A DNA stretch of 64,000 bases from an uncultured Holophagales bacterium (GTDB lineage Bacteria; Acidobacteriota; Thermoanaerobaculia; Multivoradales; UBA5704). Location: assembly GCA_963842525.1 (NCBI GenBank), contig CAWJGT010000030.1, forward strand, positions 32,001 through 96,000, in the 5' to 3' direction. The position numbers and the translations under genes were made by a program. Within the stretch, counting starts at the first letter, position 1. Every line of letters starts with the position of its first letter. The notes beneath the pieces were generated by a model. It did no database searches. It was not told where the DNA came from and saw only the letters and a program-made list of their open reading frames with translations. Below, one piece after another: positions 7,768 to 17,223 of the stretch.

Positions 7768-10700
7768 GTGCATTCACGCCACCTGACTCCCCTGGTTCTT
7801 CTGGCCCTCCTCGGGGCCGGCCGGGCTCATGCCTCCGCGACCGCCACCCTCGTCGCCGATCTCAGGACCGAGGCCCCTTCGTCCGACATCGGGCTCGAAA
7901 GACTCCCTCATGCCGCTCGGAGACAAGGTCTTCTTCGCGGCTCTCGATTACGGCGTTGGCATCGAGCCTTGGCTGAGCGACGGCACCTCTACGGGCACCT
8001 CGCTCGTGCGAGATCTCTGTCCAGGAGAATGCTGGGTGGAGATCCGTCTCCTCGGGACGATCGGACGGACGGGCCTGTTCCTTGCGGTTCCAGACCCGTT
8101 CCGCGAAGCGAGTGGCGAAGTGCTCTGGCGCAGCGACGGCACGCGGGAGGGTACGGTGCCGGTCGTCACCGCCGAGCAGGGTGGACCCGCGCCGTGCTTC
8201 TTCGATCACATGCAGTCCACGACTGTGAACGGAGTCATCCTCTTCACTGCCGGTTCTCACCACAGGTGCGGATTGTGGCGCACCGACGGGACCCGCGCAG
8301 GCACGCGGCCGCTGGCGCCCGAGCTCTCCGGCTTTGGCAGCGACCCGATCCTTCGGGACGCGATCGTGACCGGTGGCTTCCTCTTCTTCTTCGAAGCCCT
8401 GGGAAGAGAGGCGGCTCTCTGGCGTTCAGACGGTACCGAGGCCGGCACCGTGCGCCTTCGCAGCTTCCCTTGGAACGACGACTCGTTCAACGATCATCCC
8501 AGGTTCCTCACCGCCCTGGGCTCGCGGGCCTACTTTCTCGCTCGTGGGGAAGAAGACGGGGACGAGGAGCTGTGGACCAGCGATGGCACCGCCGCCGGAA
8601 CCCGGCCGGTCACCCGGTTCGCTCCTGCGAACCCCTTCTTGCGGACCCATTTTCTGAAGGTCCTCGACGGCGTTCTGTACTTCGTGGCCGACGACGCCAC
8701 CAGCAACATGGACCTCTGGCGCAGCGATGGCACGGAGGGAGGGACGCGGCGGGTGACGGAGTTCGGCTATGCCACGCCGTTTCCGTTCGAATTCCGCCCA
8801 GACCAACTCGCCAAGGCCGGCGACCGGCTGGTCTTCTTCGCGAGCGACGGGCTCTCAGGGGAGCGGATCTGGACGAGCGGCAGTACGCCCACGGCCATGA
8901 AGCCGCTCGAGGGCTGCCCGGGCGGCTGTCCCAGGGTCGACTACAGCACCCGTTTCATGACGGTGGGACGGCGGGTCGTGTTTACAGGATTCGACGAGGT
9001 CCGCGGTATGGAGCTCTGGAGCACCGATGGCACCGGCGCCGGCACTCGGCTTATCGGCGACTTTTGCAGCGGGAGCTGCAGCTCCCAGCCTTCCAGCATC
9101 GTCAGCGGTTTTGGACGTCTCCTCTTCCCCGCTGGCGGCGCTCTCTGGTCGACCGACGGCACTCCGCAGGGGACCGTCCGTCTCGCCAATTTCGATGGCT
9201 GGTCGTTCAGCGATCTGCCGTTCGGACAACCCTTTCGCCTGGTGTTTGCCGGACAAAAGGCATTTTTCTCGGCCGGCCACCAGCAGCGCGGGCAGCAGCT
9301 CTGGGTCACGGATGGAACACCGGAGGGTACCGGGCTGGTGAGCTTGATCGGCGACACCGGGCCCGGATCGGCGCCCCGCGAGCTCACTCCTTTCGGCAAC
9401 GACGTCGTGTTTTCCGCGTGCGACGGCCAGGGCGAGAGCCTCTGGCGCAGCAGCGGCACGGCGGCGGCGACCTTGCCTCTCGCGCCTTTATGGCAAGGCT
9501 GCTCCTCCGCCTCGTTCTTCACGCAAGGTGCGGTGAAATCGGCGGGTCTCCTGTTCGTTGCCGGTGCGGCGGGTCTCTGGCGTTCGGACGGCACGGACGC
9601 CGGCACCTTCCCGGTCACGCCCACTGTGCCCAGTCCTGAACGCCTCGTCGCGTTCGGGAATGGAGTGGTCTTCGCGGTCAGCGGGCCTGGCTCGTTTCAG
9701 GTCTCGCTTTGGGCCAGCGATGGCAGCGCGGGCGGGGCGCGCAAGCTCTTCGAGACGCCGCCGGACCTCATCGGCATGGTGAGCCTGCGGAACCTTGGGA
9801 GGAGCCCTCTATTTCATCGGCATCGATGTGGCCGACACGGGCTCCACACAACTCTGGGTGACGGACGGCACGGTCGGAGGGATCGCAGCAGGCTGACCAG
9901 CTTCGAATCGAATGCCTTCGATAGCTTCAGGTCACCGGAGATGATCCGCATCGGGACGACTGTCTTCTTCGTTGCGGGAAGCCAGCTTTGGAAGACCGAC
10001 GGCACGCCGGCGGGTACCGCGCGCGTGCTCCCGTCGGGAGGCTTCAACGGAAGCCACTCCGACGGATCTGACCGAATTCCAGGGGGCTCTTTACTTCATC
10101 GGCTCGATCCAGGGGGACCCGGTCCGCCGGGGCCTCTGGCGGTCTGACGGTACGGCGGCGGGGACGGTCCTCGTCAAAGCCGTTGCTCCTCCATACGACA
10201 GTTTCAATCCGGCGCCGGCATGGCTCACCCGGGTCGGGCCGTACCTCTACTTCGTGGCCGACGACGGCGAGCATGGCCTCGAGCTCTGGCGCACGGACGG
10301 CACGGACGACGGAACCGTCCTGGTGCGCGACATCCTGCCCGGCTCCGGCTCCGCGGGTCCCAGGGCTCTCGCTGCGGCCGGCGGTCGACTGTACTTCTCG
10401 GCCACCGACAGTGTGCACGGTATGGAGCTCTGGGAGAGCGACGGCACGGAGGCCGGCACACGCATGGTGCAGGACATCGCTCCAGGGGGGGTGGCCTCGA
10501 ATCCCGGGGAGCTGACCGAGGTGGGCGGTCGGCTCTTCTTCGCCGCCGACGACGGGGTGCACGGAAGGGAGCTATGGGTCCTGCCGCTCGCTGGGCCGGC
10601 CGGTTGCCAGCCTTCGGAAGAGGCGCTCTGCCTCGGCGGCCGGTTCCGCGTCGAGGCCGACTGGCGCGACTTCGCGGGGAGCCGAGGCCGGGGCAAGGCC

Positions 10701-11378
10701 GTCGCGCTCACGGCCGACACCGGGTACTTCTGGTTCTTCGATCCGGCCAACGTCGAGGTGATCCTCAAAGTGCTCGACGGGCGCACCACCAACGGCCATC
10801 AATGGGTCTTCTACGGCGCCCTGTCGAATGTCGAGTACCGCCTGACGGTCACCGACACCCAGACTGGCGCAGCCCGCCGCTACATCAACCCGCCGGGCCG
10901 GCTCGGCAGCGTCGCCGACACCCTTGCCTTCGGGCCTCGCGGTGCGACCGGCTCCGCCCTGACCTACGGGCCGGCGGCCGTGGCCGCCGAGCCGATTGTC
11001 CGAACGGGGAGAACCGGCCGGAGCGCATCGGCAGCAGCCTCCTGTACACCCAGCGCGACGCGTCTCTGCCTGCAGGAAGGACGCTTCGCGATCGAGGCCC
11101 GCTGGAAGGACTTCCAGGGCAAGACCGGCTCCGGCCAGGCGGTTCCCTTGAGCGGAGGAGATACCGGCTACTTCTGGTTCTTCGGCCCGGACAACGCTGA
11201 GGTGGTCCTCAAGGTGCTCGACGGCCGGCCGCTCAACGGCAAGCACTGGGTCTTCTACGGGGCTCTTTCCAGCGTTGAATACACCCTGACGGTGACCGAC
11301 ACCGAGACTGGCAAGGTCAAGACGTACACCAACCCGAGCGGACGCCTCTCCAGTGTGGCGGACACCGCGGCGTTCTGA
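7768..11378 (+). CDS. ELWxxDGT repeat (beta-propeller) secreted protein 1 with two C-terminal LCL...ADTxAF domains; at least 4 frameshifts
   Basis: RBS AAGGAGG + GTG, signal peptide, many LWxSDGTxxGT repeats. The coding frame switches near 7891, 9797, 9880 and 10055; the reconstruction is collinear with paralog 2. Confidence 0.85.
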
Positions 11379-11389
11379 AGGAGGAGACG

Positions 11390-12445
11390 ATGATGCGCCG
11401 GCTCGCGATCCTCACAGCTTCGGCCCTCCTCTCCCTCACCGCGGCAGGCCCTCTGCGGGCGACGGGGACGGCGACGTTGCTTGCCGACCTCCATCCCTCG
11501 GGGTCGATCCCTGACCACGGCGGGGGGATCTCGGGAGGGCTCGTCCTGGCCGGTGGAGGGGTGCTCTTCGCGGCCTCCGAAACGAGCTCCGGCCGGGAGC
11601 TCTGGGTGAGCGACGGGACTCCTTCCGGGACACTGGCCCTGCTGGACTTCTGCCCGGGGCCCTGCTCGTCCAGGATCACCTTCCTGGGAGCGCTCGGCAA
11701 GGCGGCGATGCTGGTCCTCAGGCCGGAGGCCTCGAACCAGCCGTCGCAGCTCGTGCGCACCGACGGGACGCGTGCGGGGACGGTGGTCCTGGCATCTTTT
11801 GATGGGGAGGGGCCGGCCGCTTGCGATACGGAGCCCGTGACGATGGGCGGCACTCTGTTCTTCCTCGCCCCTCCCCCGGGCTCGCGAGGCTGCGGGCTCT
11901 GGCGAACGGACGGGACGCCGGCCGGCACGCGGCTGGTTCTGGAGGTGCAGGTACCGCCCTATGGCAGCTTGATCCAGGGACTGGCGGCCTTCGGAGGCCG
12001 GCTCTACTTCTCGGCCTACGACAGCGAGGAGCTGCCGCCGGGCCTCTGGCGGACCGACGGTGCTGAGCCCAACCCGGAGCTCGTGCGGCGCCTCCGGTCC
12101 CGCCCCTCACGCCTCACAGCGGTCGGCGCTCACCTCTTCTTCATCGCGCAGGAGGAGGGAAACGAGCTGTGGGCGAGCGACGGCACCGCAGCGGGGACTC
12201 GGTCTCTGACGAGCTTCGCGGCGCCGCTGCCATTCCCCATCGACAGCAATTTCCTCCCCAATCGACCCGGCCTGTTCCGCGATTTTGGCAATGTCCTCTA
12301 TTTCTGGGCGGACGACGTAACCGGCGGCCTCGACCTCTGGCGCAGCGACGGTACGCCGGCCGGCACGCGGCGGGCCACGGCGTTCGGGTATGCCTTTCCG
12401 TTCCCCTCCGGCTTTGCGGAGAGTCAGGTCGTCCAACTCGGCTCA
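11390..12445 (+). pseudogene. ELWxxDGT repeat protein 2, 5' part (interrupted by IS1182)
   Basis: RBS GGAGGAG, signal peptide, ELWVSDGT repeats; coding sequence breaks after VVQLGS at the IS left end. Confidence 0.88.
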
Positions 12446-14023
12446 GAGGCTGTGAAGGAATCGCGGGTCCGAGATTGGAAGGCGGAGGGCGGTAACAAGG
12501 CGCATAATAGATGTGAGGATCCTAAAGCGTGCGCGGTCAGGGGCCACATCGTATCCGACGCGAGCTAAGGCAGCGACAAGCGGTCGAAAACAGACTTGGA
12601 CAGGGGAATTACCCTCCTTTTCGCCGCGAGGCCCTGACCTTTATGCCGATGCGACGCAGCCCGCGCCGAGCGAGAGGGTGCGCATCAGGTTGTGGGCAAT
12701 GGCGAACCAAAGCAGCACCGCTCGGGCCTTGTGCAGGCCTCGCACTAACAGACGTTGCAGCCCGCGGTTGCGAGCCAGAGCGTTGACACATTCCACGCTC
12801 GACGCCCGCTGCTTGTAGATCTCTTTGGCCTCCGGTGTGCCCATGCGTTGGCGCCACTGCGCGATTGCCGGTGAATCGGTCGACAGAGGCACATACGGAT
12901 CGCGCGTCTTGTCCTTCGGCTTGGCGACCGGCGCATAGACCGTGGTGCCCAACTCGCTGGCCTTCTCGATATCTTTCAAACCGGCAAAACCACCATCGAC
13001 CAAGCTCTCTGGCGGAATCACTTCATAGCGCTCTTCCAGTTGCTCCAGCATCGGCACCAACTGACCCTGATCGCTGCCGCTGTTGCTGACATCCACTCCC
13101 ACCACGATCTGCGTCTCGGCGTCGACCGAAAACTGACCGTTGTACGCTGGACGAAATCCTCCATCCCCCATCTTCATCACCCGTGCCTCGGCATCCGTCG
13201 TCGACACCCGCGCCTGGTCTTTCTTCTCCGCTGGCTTCTTGGCCGCAACCTCTGCCATCTGCGCCAACGCCGCCTTGACCCGATGCTGGCGGTCCTCCGC
13301 CGCGCGCTGCCGGGCTGCCGTCTGACGACGATTCGTCGCCTCCGGGTCTTTCTCCAGCTCCGCGCGCAGGCGTTCGACCTGCTCCTGTGCCTCTTGTAGA
13401 CAGCGCTCCAGACTCGATTGACGCCGAAACGAGGCCGCACCGGCACTGGCACGCACACGGATGCCGTCCTGCGACACACGGTTCAGTGTCACCAGCTTCT
13501 GCTCCATCAACACCGCCACGCTCTGCGTCAGCACCTGATCGAGAAATTCCTCGTGCTGCACCCGAAAGTCCGACAAAGAGTGGTGGTTCACCGATACACC
13601 CCCCAAGATCCACCGATACGCATCGTGTTGAAGCGTCAGACGCTCCAGGGCTCGCGCGCTGCCCACGCCCTCAATCGTGGCGTACAACCATAAGGCCATG
13701 TAGATCCGCGGGTCGATGGCTGGACGGCCGGCACCCCCCTCCACCGATTGCACCTCCGCGTACAGAGGGCTCAGATCCAGGGACTCCACGAACTCCCAGA
13801 CGGCACGCGCAACGTGATCCGGCGGCAGAAGACTTTCCAGGTCCACGGGGCGCAGTTCCATCTGCGACCGGTTAGGAACCACCAAACGAGGAACCCCTTT
13901 CGCTTTGGCGGGCTCAGCACTCACTTCCGGCGCAGGGATAGGGAACAGAGTGTCGCTCATGCAGTAAGTATCTCATGGATACGCTCCGCTACGAACCGCT
14001 TACCGGGATTTTTTCACAGGCTC
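12446..14023 (-). mobile_element. IS1182-family insertion sequence (1578 bp)
   Basis: Terminal inverted repeats GAGGCTGTGAAGGAATCGCGG (from 12446) and, as reverse complement, GAGCCTGTGAAAAAATCCCGG (ending 14023) match 17/21. Target duplication TCA at 12443-12445 and 14024-14026. Confidence 0.93.
12641..13960 (-). CDS. IS1182-family DDE transposase
   Basis: DUF772-like N-terminus (LLPPDHVAR, GRPAIDP..MALWLYA, AYRWI, HHSLSDFR); DG, STTDAEAR, YNGQ, DGGF, YKQRASSVE; intact 439-aa ORF. Confidence 0.93.
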   Translation of the reverse strand: MSDTLFPIPAPEVSAEPAKAKGVPRLVVPNRSQMELRPVDLESLLPPDHVARAVWEFVESLDLSPLYAEVQSVEGGAGRPAIDPRIYMALWLYATIEGVGSARALERLTLQHDAYRWILGGVSVNHHSLSDFRVQHEEFLDQVLTQSVAVLMEQKLVTLNRVSQDGIRVRASAGAASFRRQSSLERCLQEAQEQVERLRAELEKDPEATNRRQTAARQRAAEDRQHRVKAALAQMAEVAAKKPAEKKDQARVSTTDAEARVMKMGDGGFRPAYNGQFSVDAETQIVVGVDVSNSGSDQGQLVPMLEQLEERYEVIPPESLVDGGFAGLKDIEKASELGTTVYAPVAKPKDKTRDPYVPLSTDSPAIAQWRQRMGTPEAKEIYKQRASSVECVNALARNRGLQRLLVRGLHKARAVLLWFAIAHNLMRTLSLGAGCVASA

Positions 14024-16543
14024 TCACGGCTCCTCTTCGTCGCCACCGACGGGATCACCGGCTACCGGATCTGGGCCAGCGGCGGCACCCCCGAGACCAC
14101 GGCACCGCTCGCGGCCTGCCCGGAAGGCTCCTGCGTCACGATCACCGACTACCGAGTGTCCCTGGTGAAGCTGGGGAACCGGGTTCTCTTCCCGGGGATC
14201 CAACCGGGCCGGAGCCCCGCGGTCTGGAGCACCGACGGCACCGCCGCGGGGACGCGGGCCATCCACGAGGTCTGTTCCGGGAGCTGCGACCGCACCGTCG
14301 TGGGGTTCGAGCCGGTGGCCGGCCGCGTGCTCTTCGTCGTCGGGCCCGCGGACGTGTTCTCCAGCGGGGATTACGTGCTCTGGCAGACGGACGGAACTGC
14401 CCAGGGGACCCGCCGGCTCGCCTCGTTCGAGACGAACCCCTTCGCCTTTGGAGCCCAGATCGAGCCGGTGGCCGCTGGGGGCCGCATCCTCTTCCCGGCC
14501 GAGGTCGAGGGGTCGGGCAGCCGGCAGCTCTGGGCGACGGACGGCACCCCCGAAGGCACCGGACCAATCAGCCTGATCGGCCGCAACGGGTTCGGGTCCA
14601 ATCCTACCGGGTTCGTGAGCGACGGCCGCGGAGTCTGGTTCGCGGCGAGCAGCAGCGCCTGGCGCAGTGAGGGGACTGCGGCGACCACCGTGGAGGTCGG
14701 AGGCCCCGAGCCCGTCATCGTGCGCGGGCTCGCGCTTTACGTCAGATGGGATGGCGTGGAGTCCGAGGGCCTCTGGCGCTCCGATGGGAGCCCGGGCGGA
14801 GATCTCCTCCTGACACCGCCCGGGTCCGGCCGTTTTCTCGCCCTGTCCGCCTTTGGCGAGCGGGCCGCCTTCGTCCTCCAGCGGCCGGATGGGGCGGTCT
14901 TCCTCGGCGAGAGCGATGGCACGCCCGCCGGGACGCGCACGCGCTTCGAGCTGCCTCCGCACTTCGGAGACGAGCTGACCAGGATGGTGGCCCTAGGGCC
15001 GGAGCTGTTCTTCCTGGGCCGGAACCGCAACACCTCCGAGCCGTACTTCTGGCGCAGTGACGGCACGCCGTCCGGGACGTTCGAGATCGACCTCGGCGAG
15101 GTGCGGTTCCTCGGCCCGGACCCGGTGCGGGTGGGGAACCGGATCTTCTTCCTGGGCTACTCGTCCCGCGCCCAAATCTGGAAGCTCGAAAACCCCGCAG
15201 GCCCCCCCGAGCCGCTCTTGCCCGTAGAGCTCCCGGGCTATGCCGGATCGGACCCTTCGAATCTGATCGAGTATCAGGGAGCCTTGTACTTCATGGCGGG
15301 CAGCGGCATTGCGTCCGGCGGCCGGGGGCTCTGGCGATCCGATGGCACGACGGCGGGTGTGGTCCTCCTGGCCTCCTTCAACGGGTCCAGCCAGCCCCAA
15401 ATCGTGGGATTCACACCCTTCGGAGGTCGACTCTATTTCGCCAGCGACGACGGCGAGCACGGCGTCGAGCTCTGGCAGACCGACGGCACGGCCGCGGGCA
15501 CCGTCCTGGTCCGCGATATCCGGCCCGGACCGACCTCTTCGTCTCCCCAGGCGCTCGCTGCGGCCGGCGGCCGGCTCTTCTTCTCGGCCAACGACGGCGT
15601 CCACGGCTTCGAGCTGTGGGAGAGTGACGGCACGGCCGCGGGTACCCGTATGGTGCAGGACATTGCGCCAGGCGTTGCCTCGTCCGATCCCCGCGAGCTC
15701 ACCGCGTCCGGCGGGAAGCTCTTCTTCAGCGCCGACGACCACGAGCATGGCCGCGAGCCCTGGGTCCTCGACCTCGCCGGGTCCGGCTGCCAGCCCTCGG
15801 AGGAGGCCCTCTGCCTGGGCGGCCGGTTCCGTGTGGAAGCCACTTGGCGTGACTTCGAGGGCCACAGCGGCCGGGGCAGAGCGGTTTCCCTAACCGCCGA
15901 CACCGCGTATTTCTGGTTCTTCGATCCCGCCAACGTCGAGGTGGTCTTGAAAGCGCTCGATGGACGGACGACCAACGGCCACCATTGGATCTTCTATGGA
16001 GCCCTTTCCAGTGTGGAGTACACCCTGACGGTGACCGACACCGAGACCGGTGCCACCCGCCGGTATGTCAATCTGCCGGGCCGGCTGTCGAGCGTGGCCG
16101 ATACCCGCGCCTTCGGCCCCTTGGGAGCGACCGGCTCTGACCTGACGTCCGCGCCAGCCACTGCGGATCCGGACACCATCGTCCGCACGAGCCGCGCCAC
16201 TGCAGCGTCCTGTTCTCCCAGCGCCACGCGACTCTGTCTCCAGGGAGGCCGCTTCGCTGTCGAAGCCCGTTGGAAGGATTTTCAGGGGAAGACCGGTACC
16301 GGTCAGGCTGTGCCCCTGAGTGGCGACACCGGTTATTTCTGGTTCTTCGGCCCGGACAACGTCGAAGTCGTCCTCAAAGTGCTCGACGGCCGGCCGCTCA
16401 ACAACAAGTTCTGGGCCTTCTACGGCGCCCTATCGAGCGTCGAATACACGCTGACGGTCACCGACACCGAGACAGGAAAGGTCAAGACCTATACCAATCC
16501 GAGCGGACGACTCGCCAGCGTGGCGGACACCGCGGCGTTCTGA
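14024..16543 (+). pseudogene. ELWxxDGT repeat protein 2, 3' part, with two C-terminal LCL...ADTxAF domains
   Basis: Resumes SRLLFVATDG right after the IS. Removing the IS and one TCA gives VQLGSRLLFVATDG, matching paralog 1 (KAGDRLVFFASDG). Confidence 0.88.
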
Positions 16544-16681
16544 GGGGGTGATCTGATAGACTTTCGACAGGTTTCCCGCCATATCGGTCATACATGGCTG
16601 AGCAAAGGCCCCGTGGAAGGCTGGGGATCGCGCGTCCCCTCTTGCCGGGGGCCTGACCAACTCACGGCGAAGGGAGGAAGC

Positions 16682-17053
16682 ATGTCTAGAATGCGCTGGA
16701 TGGGGCTGTTGCTCCTGGTCGTCCTGGTGGCTGGATGCAACCCGGGGCGGACGAAGACCGAGAAACTGCTGTTTGATTGGGCCAATGCGCTCAACCTGCA
16801 TCTCACGACCGAGCCGAGCAGCAACTACACCTTCCCGGAAAGGCTGGAGGAGGTTTCTCCGGTCCTGCGGGGCGAGTTGTCGTTCGAGGACGCCTGGGAC
16901 AACCAACTCCACTACCGCCGTCTGCGCGACGATCTCTATCAGTTGATCTCGCCCGGCCCGAACGGCAAGCTGGGCGACTCGGACGACGTCATCGTGGAGA
17001 AGGGAATCCTGCAGAGCCCGGAGAAGGTGTACGCGGCAAATCCGATCACGTAG
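16682..17053 (+). CDS. Small lipoprotein with a GspG/pseudopilin C-terminal-like motif
   Basis: RBS GGAGG, lipobox LVAG-C, motif DAWDNQLHY...YQLISPGPNGKLGDSDDV. No type IV pilin N-methylation motif. Confidence 0.65.
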   Translation: MSRMRWMGLLLLVVLVAGCNPGRTKTEKLLFDWANALNLHLTTEPSSNYTFPERLEEVSPVLRGELSFEDAWDNQLHYRRLRDDLYQLISPGPNGKLGDSDDVIVEKGILQSPEKVYAANPIT

Positions 17054-17223
17054 CCGCGACCGTCCGGGCTCACCACGCTCTCGCTCCTCGCTGCTTTTCT
17101 GCCGGCATCCCGGCGGCCGGCTCGCTTTGGCCGCCCGGGAGCACCTGTCTAAGCAGTGACCTAGGCGGAAAGCCGTCCTCCGCATTCATCCAACTCAACC
17201 GGGAAGATAAGGAGGTTTGTCTT

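Noticed and set aside
13748-14023. N-terminus of the 931-aa ORF as a real IS-derived fusion
   Set aside because: The first ~90 codons are the antisense of the transposase start and the IS end; real coding sequence resumes at 14024.
7768-16543. Diversity-generating retroelement template/variable repeats among the duplicated C-terminal domains
   Set aside because: No reverse transcriptase; differences look synonymous rather than adenine-specific and all copies are coding.
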